Shown here: piece after piece, positions 27,489 through 36,702 of the stretch
Layout: each line of letters begins with the position of its first letter
Position numbering within the stretch: position 1 is the stretch's first letter
Assembly (NCBI GenBank): GCA_041666915.1
Contig: JBAYFZ010000001.1
Span: 9,086 to 73,085 of the forward strand
DNA: 64,000 bases
Source: Minisyncoccota bacterium
GTDB lineage: Bacteria; Patescibacteriota; Minisyncoccia; Phycocordibacterales; PALSA-1337
Direction of reading: 5' to 3'
Notes under the pieces: generated by a model
The model's input: only the letters and a program-made list of their open reading frames with translations
The model's database searches: none
What the model was told of the DNA's origin: nothing
Translations under genes and position numbers: made by a program

Positions 27489-29307
27489 ATAAATCTTTTC
27501 TTCTTGCTCTTGCTCGGTCTAATTCTGTGAGAAACTTCTTGCGTAAGCGGATACTCTTTGGAGTTATTTCTAGATATTCATCATCACGCATGAGCTCTAG
27601 ACCACGTTCAATACTGAGGGTATAAGGTGGTACGAGAGTCAAAGCTTCGTCTTTACCAGAAGAACGCATGTTAGAAAGTTGTTTTCCTTTACAAGGATTG
27701 ACTTCTAGGTCGTCACCCTTTGATGTATCACCAATGACCATACCTTCGTAAATCTCCATAGCTGGAATAATGAATAGGCGTCCACGGTCTTGTAGATTCC
27801 AGAGTGAGAAACCAAATGAACGTCCTGACATCATAGACGTCATAGAGCCTGTCTGACGCTTTTCTATATCGCCTACATGAGGTTTGAAGCCAATGACACG
27901 ACTAGACATGATACCTTCACCCTTTGTATCAATAGTAAAAGCGTTGCGATAACCCAAAAGACCACGAGTAGGTATTTCAAAAACCATACGAACTTGATTG
28001 CCGTGATTTTTCATATCAGTCATGATACCTTTTCTTTTTCCGAGAGTCTCAATAATGATGCCAGAATATGTTTCTGGTGTATCAATGATAACTTCTTCAA
28101 ATGGTTCCATGAGTTGACCATTTTCTTCACGAGTGATGACTTTTGGTTGAGAAACTTGGAGTTCATAACCTTCGCGACGCATGTTTTCTATGAGGATAGC
28201 TACGTGAAGTTCTCCGCGTCCATAGACGGTGAATCCTTCTACGGCAGGATCTGTAGAAGTAAAATCAACTTTTAATCCTACGTTTGTCTCTAGTTCTAAC
28301 TGTAGTCTTTCGCGAATCTGACGACCCGTGACGAATGTACCTTCTCTTCCTGCAAAAGGGGAATTGTTAACTAAAAATTGTAGAGAAATGGTTGGTTCAT
28401 CAACCGTGATAGCTGTCATGGCAGGGGTGTTTTCATTATCTACGATAGTTTCTCCGATATAAATATCTGGCATACCTGCGACTGTGACGATGTCGCCTGA
28501 TTCGGCGGTTTCAGTCTCGGTACGTTGTTTACCATTGAATGTAAAAAGCTTTGTGATCTTGCCAGTGAATGATTTGCCTTTGATATCTTTGACCCAAACA
28601 TTTTGACCATTCTTTATTTTACCAGTATAGATACGACAAACAGCCAATCTTCCAAGGAAATTGTCATAACCCAAGTTGAAAACTTGAGCAGTTAGAGGTT
28701 CAACAGCTGAACTGTCTTTGTTTTCTAGAGATTTTTTATTTGCAGGTGGAACATGTTCCAAAATAGTATCTAAAAGTGGAGTAAGGTCTTTGGAATCGTC
28801 GGTAAGAGCCTTCTTTGCTACTCCTGTGCGACCAATAGCGTAAATAGTAGGGAAATCTATTTGTTCATCATTTGCACCGAGTTCCATGAATAATTCTAAA
28901 ACTTCATCATGAGCACGTGCAGGGTTGGCGGCAGGCTTGTCTATTTTATTGATGATAACTATAGGTTTGATACCTAGTTCCAAAGATTTCTTCAAGACGA
29001 AACGTGTCTGTGGCATAGGACCTTCTTGTGCATCAACTACGAGTAAAACCGTATCAATAGAACGAAGTACGCGTTCAACCTCGGATCCGAAGTCGGCGTG
29101 TCCGGGAGTATCAACGATATTGATCTTGGTACCTTTGTAGTTTATGGAAGTATTCTTTGCGTAAATAGTAATACCGCGCTCTTGTTCTAGGGCATTGGAG
29201 TCCATGGTACCTTCGTCACCGTGACCACATTGGGTCATGATGGCATCGGTAAGAGTGGTCTTACCGTGGTCTACGTGGGCGATAATAGCTATATTTCTGA
29301 TTTCCAT
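27487..29307 (-). CDS. typA: translational GTPase TypA/BipA
   Basis: '[18 protein letters not shown]', '[14 protein letters not shown]', 'NKIDKP'; 606 aa BipA architecture. Confidence 0.95.
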   Translation of the reverse strand: MEIRNIAIIAHVDHGKTTLTDAIMTQCGHGDEGTMDSNALEQERGITIYAKNTSINYKGTKINIVDTPGHADFGSEVERVLRSIDTVLLVVDAQEGPMPQTRFVLKKSLELGIKPIVIINKIDKPAANPARAHDEVLELFMELGANDEQIDFPTIYAIGRTGVAKKALTDDSKDLTPLLDTILEHVPPANKKSLENKDSSAVEPLTAQVFNLGYDNFLGRLAVCRIYTGKIKNGQNVWVKDIKGKSFTGKITKLFTFNGKQRTETETAESGDIVTVAGMPDIYIGETIVDNENTPAMTAITVDEPTISLQFLVNNSPFAGREGTFVTGRQIRERLQLELETNVGLKVDFTSTDPAVEGFTVYGRGELHVAILIENMRREGYELQVSQPKVITREENGQLMEPFEEVIIDTPETYSGIIIETLGKRKGIMTDMKNHGNQVRMVFEIPTRGLLGYRNAFTIDTKGEGIMSSRVIGFKPHVGDIEKRQTGSMTSMMSGRSFGFSLWNLQDRGRLFIIPAMEIYEGMVIGDTSKGDDLEVNPCKGKQLSNMRSSGKDEALTLVPPYTLSIERGLELMRDDEYLEITPKSIRLRKKFLTELDRARARRKDL

Positions 29308-29403
29308 GTGGTTTTAATTGGGTTTTCCGTCGAAGGATTAAAAAGAGAGCCGACGGCTCGTCCCATAAGTAAAGCATAAAAAGTAAGTAAAAGTCAAATT
29401 TTT

Positions 29404-29431
29404 AAAAACCCCGTCACATGTGACGGGGTTT
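29404..29431. terminator. perfect palindromic hairpin CCCCGTCACA|TGTGACGGGG flanked by A5/T3 (bidirectional terminator)
   Basis: Seen in sequence upstream of typA. Confidence 0.6.
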
Positions 29432-29447
29432 GAACGAAAAATATTAC

Positions 29448-29642
29448 TTAAGCACACGCGAGCATCGGTGCCCTTGTTGACCTCTTACTAGTACGTGCGA
29501 GCGGTCCATTACGCTCTTCCTCCAAAGCGGCGCAAGCTACCGAGACTGCAACAAGACTCGGTTTTTTGCCCCGACGGTTTTTCCAGGCGTTAAGTGTGGA
29601 TTCCAGATCCAACCGATAATTTCTTTCAGCTTTTCTTGCCAT
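29448..29642 (-). other. ambiguous GC-rich element: either a 64-aa Arg/Lys/Ala-rich small protein or a structured ncRNA (identity unresolved)
   Basis: Stretch 29432-29575 is visibly much GC-richer than its surroundings. It is bounded by hairpin 29404-29431 and a CCGAG..CTCGG+T6 hairpin at 29550-29578. The minus ORF 'MARKAERNYRLDLESTLNAWKNRRGKKPSL...' matches no family I recognise. Confidence 0.25.
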
Positions 29643-29924
29643 ATTATCTTTTTCGTTGATTTTATTTTTTGATCTCCTATTGCATTCCTATTCCATATAT
29701 AGGTTGTAACAAGAAACCTCCGCGAATAATAGTACAACATTATAAAAAGTTTGCAAGGGAGTGGTAATGTGCACAAACATATGGCGGTTTTCTTCAACCA
29801 ATCGGATCTGTCAGGATGTAGGCGACATCTCGCCAAAAAATCTTCATCACTTCTTCATAACTTTTTTATTGTTTCTTTAACCTTTCTTAATCAGGATTTT
29901 AACTCGTTTTGGTATCATCTTTTT

Positions 29925-31073
29925 ATGAATGAAAAACAAATAGATGAAAATCTGAATAACAAGATCAATATTATTAAATTCCCAGTAGATCCGACTACAG
30001 CCGTAGAAGCGATAGATCAGCTTTTGACTTACGCTGTTCATCTGAACGCTTCGGATGTGCATTGTGATCCTAGAGAAAAAGGTATCTTTATTAGGTTTAG
30101 GGTTGATGGACAGATAAGTGATGTCGGTATTTTGCCAAGACGTCTGTTAGAAGAATTTATCGCTAGGCTCAAGATCCTTTCTGGAGCTCGTACAGATTTA
30201 CATATTACTCCACAAGATGGGCGTTGGAAGACTGTTATAGGTGGGTCAGATTACAATATTAGAATTTCGTTCATGCCTACATATCATGGTGAAAATGCTG
30301 TCATGCGTCTTTTGCCGACCAGAGTTGATGGAGATATTTCTTTTGCCAAGCTTGGTTTTACTCCAGACCATGTGAGGTCTATCGGTAATGCTTTGGAAAG
30401 AAAACACGGACTCATTCTTGTCACTGGCCCGACTGGTTCTGGAAAGACTACGACTCTCCATACTTGTTTATCTATGAAAGCAAGAGAACCGTTATCTATC
30501 ATTACTTTAGAAGATCCTGTTGAGTACGAGATTGCAGGTGTTCGTCAGATCCATATTCGTCATTCTCATGGAGTTAATTTCGCTACTGGTTTGCGGTCTG
30601 CTTTAAGACAAGATCCAGATGTCATAATGGTTGGCGAAATTCGTGATAGTGAAACTGCAAAAGTCGCCATTCACACTTCTCTCACAGGTCATTTGGTTCT
30701 CTCTACCTTGCATACCAATTCTGCTTTAGAAGCTATTCCACGTTTGGTTGATATGGGTGTAGACCATTATTTACTAGCTTCTACGTTGAAGTTAGTCGTA
30801 GCTCAACGTCTTGTTCGATCTATGTGCCACGAGTGCAATTCTCAAGGCTGTGAGTCGTGTCGTTATACAGGATATTCTGGCAGATCTGTCATAGCAGAAG
30901 CCTGTGAGATAGATGAAGGTATGAGTGAGCTTATTTCTGCCAAGGAGCCAGTCTCTGCTTATTTGGACTATGCCATGACAAAAGGTTTTAGACCTATCAG
31001 AGAAGATGGTTTGGAAAAGATTGAATGGGGTATTACCACCAAGGAGGAAGTTCTAAATGTCTTGCATACATAA
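29925..31073 (+). CDS. pilB: type IV pilus assembly ATPase, PilB/GspE family (short form with C-terminal tetracysteine motif)
   Basis: Walker A 'VTGPTGSGKTTTLHTCLS', 'DPDVIMVGEIRD', His box, 'CHEC...CESC'. Start set at Met 29925; the upstream ORF extension looks non-coding. Confidence 0.85.
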   Translation: MNEKQIDENLNNKINIIKFPVDPTTAVEAIDQLLTYAVHLNASDVHCDPREKGIFIRFRVDGQISDVGILPRRLLEEFIARLKILSGARTDLHITPQDGRWKTVIGGSDYNIRISFMPTYHGENAVMRLLPTRVDGDISFAKLGFTPDHVRSIGNALERKHGLILVTGPTGSGKTTTLHTCLSMKAREPLSIITLEDPVEYEIAGVRQIHIRHSHGVNFATGLRSALRQDPDVIMVGEIRDSETAKVAIHTSLTGHLVLSTLHTNSALEAIPRLVDMGVDHYLLASTLKLVVAQRLVRSMCHECNSQGCESCRYTGYSGRSVIAEACEIDEGMSELISAKEPVSAYLDYAMTKGFRPIREDGLEKIEWGITTKEEVLNVLHT

Positions 31074-32148
31074 TTGCCGGAATAATCTTATGCTAAAAAT
31101 TAAATTAAAAAATAAAAAATGGAAGCGTCGCGACATTATAATGTTGCTGGAGAGGCTGGAGATGTATCTTTCTTCTGGTCTGGAAATAAACAAAGCTCTG
31201 CAAATATCAGAAGAAGGATTATTGCCAAAGCAAAAGATAAGTATTCAGAAACTAAGATTATCTGTAGAATCTGGCAACTCTCTTTTTTCTGGTCTCGAAA
31301 AGTTCGTTCATATTTCCAAGACTACTTCGGGTCTTATTGAACATGGTGAATTATCCGGTTCTTTATCAAAGTCGTTGTTGACCGCTAGATTATTATTGGA
31401 AAAAGAAGATGAACTATTCAAAAAATGTACTTCAGCCATGGTTTATCCTGTAGTCATAGGGATATTTGCGGGATTATTAACTATAGGTCTTGTACGTGGG
31501 GTTATGTCGCAGATTATTCCAATGCTGAAAAGTCTGCATGTGCAGTTGCCTTTGGTTACAAAGATTGTCATTTATTTTTCGGAGATTTTAACTAAATACG
31601 GACTGCATCTTTTTGTTGGAACTATTATAGCTCTTATTATCTCGAGAATAATTCTGAGGAAGTATCTAGTTATTCGGAAGTTTTTTCAATTGTTAATTAT
31701 AAAGATACCTATTGTTGGTAGACTTTTTTATAACTATTATTTAGCCGTTTTTCTACATTCTTGTGGAGCTCTTGTAGAGTCTGGTTTATCGGTCAAAGAA
31801 GCTTATTCGGGTACAGCTAATACAATTCAACTCATACCACTAAATCAATTTTTACACGATCAGATTATCAAAATATCTCGCGGGCTCTCTTTGGGAACTG
31901 TTATTGTCCATAAGGATATCCCTTCTTATATAACGGCACTCCTTAACGCCGGGGAAGCTTCTGGTACTTTGGGACTCTCAATAATTCGAGCTGGAAATAT
32001 TTTGGATAGGGAAATAGATCATTCATTGAAAAGGTTAACTGCTCTCATAGAACCTATCATGATGGTCGGTATGGGTTGTATTGTCGGAGCTATAGCTCTT
32101 TCTATAATGATGCCAATTTATAATATTTCAGGTGCTCTGCAAAAATAA
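31057..32148 (+). CDS. pilC: type IV pilus assembly platform protein, PilC/GspF family (T2SSF domain)
   Basis: Polytopic membrane protein with T2SSF-like cytoplasmic segments. Start ambiguous (Met at 31057, 31090 or 31141). Confidence 0.7.
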   Translation: MSCIHNCRNNLMLKIKLKNKKWKRRDIIMLLERLEMYLSSGLEINKALQISEEGLLPKQKISIQKLRLSVESGNSLFSGLEKFVHISKTTSGLIEHGELSGSLSKSLLTARLLLEKEDELFKKCTSAMVYPVVIGIFAGLLTIGLVRGVMSQIIPMLKSLHVQLPLVTKIVIYFSEILTKYGLHLFVGTIIALIISRIILRKYLVIRKFFQLLIIKIPIVGRLFYNYYLAVFLHSCGALVESGLSVKEAYSGTANTIQLIPLNQFLHDQIIKISRGLSLGTVIVHKDIPSYITALLNAGEASGTLGLSIIRAGNILDREIDHSLKRLTALIEPIMMVGMGCIVGAIALSIMMPIYNISGALQK

Positions 32149-32162
32149 TTATTACCAATAAA

Positions 32163-33581
32163 ATGTATCCAGATTTGAAGAAAAAAAAGTTGTGTCGATT
32201 AGGAAATTTTAAACGTGACAGAATTAGCGGAATGATTCTGATTGATATTCTTTTGGCTTTTTCTTTGTCAGCAATATTCATTGTAATAATTGGACAATCA
32301 TCCATTTCATCAAGACAAATATTTGAAAGAGCAAAAGATCGGAGCGTCCTATTAGGTCTGTACGATTCAGGACTTGGGACTATTAAAACCGGTTTACATG
32401 GCAATGATTTAATAGAGAAAAATATAGAGATGGCTTCATCTTCTGGCAAGTTATCTTTTATTGAAATTATCAAAAATTCAGATGCTAATCTAACTGAATT
32501 TGTCGGAACACCTTTATGTTCAGTTGATTATTCTAATGAGAATGTGGCTGGTTCTTATGAGTATTTCAGTAATCAAATAGCCGTAAATACTCCGATAGTT
32601 TCAATCACCCCTATAACTTTGCCGATCAATCCGACCATGCCTTTGACAGATCTTGAAGTTAGAAATGGTACGGCCTACATTTCAGCAGACTCTTCAATAG
32701 CTTCAGACCCCGATTTATTTATTGTAAACATTGGTAATATTTCCAATCCGGCAATTATTTCAAGTATAAACACTGGTCCAGGTTTAGTCTCAATCAGTTT
32801 GGCTGGTGATAGAATATTTGGTGCAGCTCCTAGCACGGCTTCAGAATTACATATTATTCGTTTGAATGGGTTGGCGAATCCTGTTTTAGAAAAGAAATTC
32901 AAATTACCTTTACCTTTTGCAACGGCCACTCCAGCTTTGGCTAGTTCTATTTTTTATAAAAATAATAAAGTTTATCTTGGCACAGAAAAATGGAGTGGTG
33001 AGGAGTTTAATATTATAGATGTTTCGGATGTTATCAATCCTGTTAAGATTGGTGGTCTGGAGATTGGAAGTAAGGTCAATGATATTTATGTTGATGGCAA
33101 TATTGCTTATGTAGCTAGTTCAGATCAGTTTCAACTGAGAGTTGTTGATATTAAAAATCCTAATAATCCTACGGTTTTGAATACTTTTAGTCCTTCTGGT
33201 TGGCAAAGGCAAGAAGGTAAGACTATTTCATTATTTGAACAAAGTTTGAATTTTGGACGCACTTCAGGTGGTTTCAATTTTATTAGTGATCATGAAGCTT
33301 TTTCGTGGTTAGCCAATTCTTCAACAACTTTGGATAATCCGTTTTCAATAGATGTACCAAGCGGTGTTTATGGAATAGTTAGGGACAGAGATAGAATCTA
33401 TTTGGCGACTAGGCAAGTTGATAGAGAATTACAGATATTTGATACGCAGTTGTCAGCTTCTACTTCGTCTGCTTATTCATTACCAATACAACCGCAGGCT
33501 ATGACTTGCGATGGAGATCATTTGTATATCTTGGCTCATACAGCACCGGTTATTTATAAGATAAGTTTAAATAAATTATGA
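32163..33581 (+). CDS. large pilin-like protein: prepilin-type N-terminus plus LVIVD-repeat (beta-propeller) domain
   Basis: Class-III signal 'KRDRISG|MILIDILLAFSLSAIFIVII' (D at +5). Repeats such as 'LFIVNIGNISNP', 'FNIIDVSDVINP', 'LRVVDIKNPNNP'. Confidence 0.65.
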   Translation: MYPDLKKKKLCRLGNFKRDRISGMILIDILLAFSLSAIFIVIIGQSSISSRQIFERAKDRSVLLGLYDSGLGTIKTGLHGNDLIEKNIEMASSSGKLSFIEIIKNSDANLTEFVGTPLCSVDYSNENVAGSYEYFSNQIAVNTPIVSITPITLPINPTMPLTDLEVRNGTAYISADSSIASDPDLFIVNIGNISNPAIISSINTGPGLVSISLAGDRIFGAAPSTASELHIIRLNGLANPVLEKKFKLPLPFATATPALASSIFYKNNKVYLGTEKWSGEEFNIIDVSDVINPVKIGGLEIGSKVNDIYVDGNIAYVASSDQFQLRVVDIKNPNNPTVLNTFSPSGWQRQEGKTISLFEQSLNFGRTSGGFNFISDHEAFSWLANSSTTLDNPFSIDVPSGVYGIVRDRDRIYLATRQVDRELQIFDTQLSASTSSAYSLPIQPQAMTCDGDHLYILAHTAPVIYKISLNKL

Positions 33582-33733
33582 TTAAAAGTAGAGCTTATAA
33601 TATAGGTATGACTCTTATTGAAGTAATAATTTACACGGTTCTCTTGTCTTTTTTGATGGCTGGTTTTATTCAATATGCTTATGCTGTAAATATAAATAAC
33701 ATTCAATTAATTAATGAAATTCAAGACCAATGA
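33578..33733 (+). CDS. type IV pilin/pseudopilin (51 aa; below the ORF-track cutoff)
   Basis: Hand translation: 'MIKSRAYNIG|MTLIEVIIYTVLLSFLMAGFIQYAYAV...' with canonical G/MTLIE prepilin-peptidase motif. ATGA overlap with the upstream gene. Confidence 0.6.
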   Translation: MIKSRAYNIGMTLIEVIIYTVLLSFLMAGFIQYAYAVNINNIQLINEIQDQ

Positions 33734-34100
33734 TAAAAAAGGTTTTGTTGCTCTTATTGCCGTGGTCCTATTAGCAACAGGAACACTGACTTTTTCTTTG
33801 GTCGCAATGTCTTCAGCTATTGCTTATGCGGATAGTATTAGTAGGAGGGAACTCCGAATCCAGACACAGATGAATGCGCAAGCTTGTCTGGATACGGTTA
33901 CTCTGATGGTTGTAAAAGATTATTTTATTTCAGGGAATGTTGAAGTTAAAAAGTTTGGCTGTACGGCGGAAATACTGAATGATTTTGAGGGTAACATTTC
34001 TTTTAATGTTAAGGCTAATTTGGGCGAGATTGTGGTTGAAGGGAATGGGGTACTAAAAATTACCGATAATTCGGTGGAGGTTGTTTCTGAGGGGGTGTAA
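33714..34100 (+). CDS. pseudopilin-like protein (prepilin-type hydrophobic N-terminus without Glu5)
   Basis: 'KKGFVALIAVVLLATGTLTFSLVAM' then a beta-rich domain; follows the pilin gene. Confidence 0.45.
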   Translation: MKFKTNDKKGFVALIAVVLLATGTLTFSLVAMSSAIAYADSISRRELRIQTQMNAQACLDTVTLMVVKDYFISGNVEVKKFGCTAEILNDFEGNISFNVKANLGEIVVEGNGVLKITDNSVEVVSEGV

Positions 34101-34247
34101 GCCATTCCAACGAATTAGTAGACATACCTTGACCTCTGTGTTCTGATATGTTATACCGTACACAGAGAATAAATTAGGTTCTTGGAGCCATATGTTGGGC
34201 TCTGAAAAAATCCGACAAGTTCATTCAAATAGAAAGTAAAAAAGACC

Positions 34248-34559
34248 ATGAAAACGTTATTTCTTGCAGTCATGTTGTTTGTTTGCTCTGGTTACATTAG
34301 TAGTGCAGAAACTATTTTTCTTCATTGTGGGAAGGATAAGGAAACTAGGAAGATGGCTGATGGAAACTATTATGCCTCAGGTTTCAATGAAGGTGAATAT
34401 GGAGCGAGGTTACTATCAGATTGGGAGCGTGCTAATCCAACAAAGAAAATTATCTGCATCACTGTCAACACTATCAACGGTGGTCCGGGTAGTTTCACAG
34501 GGTTTTGGATTACTTATAAGCTGAAGAAACCACAAGTGACAGTTCAAAAGCAAAAGTAG
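34248..34559 (+). CDS. hypothetical small secreted protein (signal peptide)
   Basis: 'MKTLFLAVMLFVCSGYISSAETI' signal-like N-terminus. Confidence 0.4.
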   Translation: MKTLFLAVMLFVCSGYISSAETIFLHCGKDKETRKMADGNYYASGFNEGEYGARLLSDWERANPTKKIICITVNTINGGPGSFTGFWITYKLKKPQVTVQKQK

Positions 34560-34610
34560 ATTTAGAAGACTTCACCCCGCGCTTGTGTAAAAACAGGTGC
34601 GGGCTTTTCT

Positions 34611-35543
34611 TTACCTCGCTTTTAAATACGAATAGATATCTTCAATAGCTTTGACAGCGTCACCAGCAGCAATGTTGTTTTGATGATAGAGACCATCGGT
34701 ACAGTCGCCAGCAGACCAGATACCAGGAACAGCGGTTTGTTGGTTTTTGGCATCTACAGGAATACGATTGAATGAGTCTAACTTGATAGTATTTTTTGCA
34801 AAGTCGGTATTTGGTAGAGAACCGATCTCGACGAAGATTCCAGTAGTTTTTATTTTAATATCTTTCTTCGTCTTCATATCAGTGTAAATCATAGATGTCA
34901 CAAATTTGTCACCAATAACTTCTTTTGGTACCGCCATAGTGAGGACTTTGACCTTTGGATTTTTACTCACTATTTCTATAGTACCCGGATCGGCTTTGAA
35001 TTTCTCACTACGATTCATGATAGTTACACTTTTGCAATAAGCCATGAGTTGAGCGGCACTTTCAAAAGCCGCATTACCACCACCGATGACTACGACATCT
35101 TGGTCAGAATACATAGGTCCATCGCAAGTGGCACAATAGGTGAGGCCTTTGTGTTCATATTTATCGGCGCCTAGAATATCTAGCTTTCTTCGGTGACTGC
35201 CAGATGCTATGAGGATAGTTTTTGCTGAATATTCGTTTTTTTCTGTTTTTACGATTAGACTTTGAGGAGGTTGAATATTTGCAGAAATATCAATACAACC
35301 TTCACCTTCTTTGATATCAATGATTTCTTTTGCATAAGCCTTTACGTGATTTTCTAAATTCTTGGAAAGGTCTGTACCAGAAATAGCTACTGAACCTATC
35401 CAGTTTTCTATTTTTTCAGAAACAGAACTTTGACCAAGCCAGTCTTTTGTAATAATGACAGTATGAAGTCTCTTTCTGGCTGCATAAACAGCGGCGGCTG
35501 CTCCGGCTGGTCCTCCACCAATAATTGCTAAGTCGTAGATCAT
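34611..35543 (-). CDS. trxB: thioredoxin-disulfide reductase
   Basis: FAD motif 'DLAIIGGGPAGAAAA', redox 'CATCDG', NADPH motif 'VVVIGGGNAA'. Confidence 0.9.
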   Translation of the reverse strand: MIYDLAIIGGGPAGAAAAVYAARKRLHTVIITKDWLGQSSVSEKIENWIGSVAISGTDLSKNLENHVKAYAKEIIDIKEGEGCIDISANIQPPQSLIVKTEKNEYSAKTILIASGSHRRKLDILGADKYEHKGLTYCATCDGPMYSDQDVVVIGGGNAAFESAAQLMAYCKSVTIMNRSEKFKADPGTIEIVSKNPKVKVLTMAVPKEVIGDKFVTSMIYTDMKTKKDIKIKTTGIFVEIGSLPNTDFAKNTIKLDSFNRIPVDAKNQQTAVPGIWSAGDCTDGLYHQNNIAAGDAVKAIEDIYSYLKAR

Positions 35544-35575
35544 AGTGGGATTATTCTAACATAAAAAATCGTTTA

Positions 35576-35608
35576 CGGAAGCCTCGCTTCCGGAGGTGAA
35601 GCCTCCGG
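35576..35608. terminator. two overlapping 7-bp hairpins (CGGAAGC-ctc-GCTTCCG and CCGGAGG-tgaag-CCTCCGG); likely terminator for the minus-strand metalloprotease gene
   Basis: Seen in sequence; the minus-strand read is followed by a U-run after about 8 nt. Confidence 0.4.
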
Positions 35609-35610
35609 GA

Positions 35611-36585
35611 TTACTTTATCTCACAAACATTTTTCAGTGCGGTAATGTCGTCTGTGGTTAGAGTAAGATTTGAATCCATATTATAGGCGTACATTATAGC
35701 TTTTGAATCTGCTACATGATCCAATCCCAAAGCGTGGCCAAATTCATGAGCCAAGACACGAATTAGTTTGTTGTAATCTTTGTATTGATAAATATTTATT
35801 ATTTGACCAGTTTCATCGCTCACGTATTCTCCTTCTTGAAATTCTGGGCCGTTGGAAGTACTGATGGTGTTATAAGTACTGACATTTTGGTTTATTTCTT
35901 TATTCAAAGAATTCAAACTATTGGCTGTATAGTTGAGTTGATTTATCGTATCATTCAACCTTTTGTTCGCATCATTGATGTTAGTTGCTTCCAAATTGAG
36001 AGAAGCTTTTGTTTTTTGTAACTTGGAGAATTCTTCTTTTGTAGCACCTCCGCGACTGTTCCAATACGCTACAGCTTTTTCATAAGCCGTTTTATTGGCT
36101 TCGTATGTATTTATGAGTATCTGAATAGCACTCTTTTGACTATTATATGAATTTTGCAGAGAAGTGTATTTGGCTTTTAGATCACTATATGAGCTTTTAC
36201 TATTATCTATAGTTGATCCGATAGTGTTCATCTGCACCGTAGCTTCTTGGCGATTGTCAAAAATCAGATTTATTTTGAGGTCGTCTATATCGTTGGTTTT
36301 ATCGTCAGAATATTTGAATAACTCTCTACCAAGTGCTGAATTCCAGATACTTACCGCTTTATTCATATTTGTTATGAATTGTGATCGTGTCTGACCAAAT
36401 TTTTCATCAAAATCTCCAATGTAATATGTTATTGGTATAGTACAAGGCTTGTCCCACCCAATAGATAAGCGGATATTCTGGTAAGCGCGTTTGTAATTGT
36501 CACGATTGTAATAGACGACACCGCCTAGAGTAGCGATGACTAGTAAAAAGAATAGAAATTTTACAATTTTATTCAAAATATTCAT
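35611..36585 (-). CDS. membrane-anchored metzincin (matrixin/M10-like) zinc metalloprotease with coiled-coil insert
   Basis: 'VLAHEFGHALGLDHV' (HExxHxxGxxH) and Met-turn 'AIMYAY'. Start set at Met 36585; the 17 upstream ORF-track codons are the translated repeat element. Confidence 0.7.
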   Translation of the reverse strand: MNILNKIVKFLFFLLVIATLGGVVYYNRDNYKRAYQNIRLSIGWDKPCTIPITYYIGDFDEKFGQTRSQFITNMNKAVSIWNSALGRELFKYSDDKTNDIDDLKINLIFDNRQEATVQMNTIGSTIDNSKSSYSDLKAKYTSLQNSYNSQKSAIQILINTYEANKTAYEKAVAYWNSRGGATKEEFSKLQKTKASLNLEATNINDANKRLNDTINQLNYTANSLNSLNKEINQNVSTYNTISTSNGPEFQEGEYVSDETGQIINIYQYKDYNKLIRVLAHEFGHALGLDHVADSKAIMYAYNMDSNLTLTTDDITALKNVCEIK

Positions 36586-36597
36586 TAATGTTCTTTC

Positions 36598-36693
36598 TGT
36601 GTCATTCCCGCGAAGGCGGGAATCCACGGTTACCACAAGATATAGATTGTTGATTTGTAATAATCCTGGATTCCCGCCTTCGCGGGAATGACG
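36598..36693. repeat. MITE-like palindromic element, copy 2
   Basis: Same TIRs as copy 1 ('tgtcattcccgcgaaggcgggaatcc...ggattcccgccttcgcgggaatgac'). About 85% identical to copy 3. Confidence 0.8.
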
Positions 36694-36702
36694 CAGGGTC
36701 TA

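Noticed and set aside
29537-29836. 99-aa minus-strand ORF upstream of pilB
   Set aside because: Overlaps the GC-rich element and the pilB promoter region; Cys/Trp-rich low-plausibility peptide with no support.
29751-29924. 58-codon N-terminal extension of the PilB ORF
   Set aside because: AT-rich, no conservation signal, and it would overlap the upstream regulatory region. The Met at 29925 starts a sensible PilB N-terminus.
36586-36636. N-terminal 17 codons ('MVTVDSRLRGNDTERTL') of ORF 35611-36636
   Set aside because: These codons are the translated MITE-like repeat copy 2. The real start is taken at Met 36585, which is followed by a TM helix.
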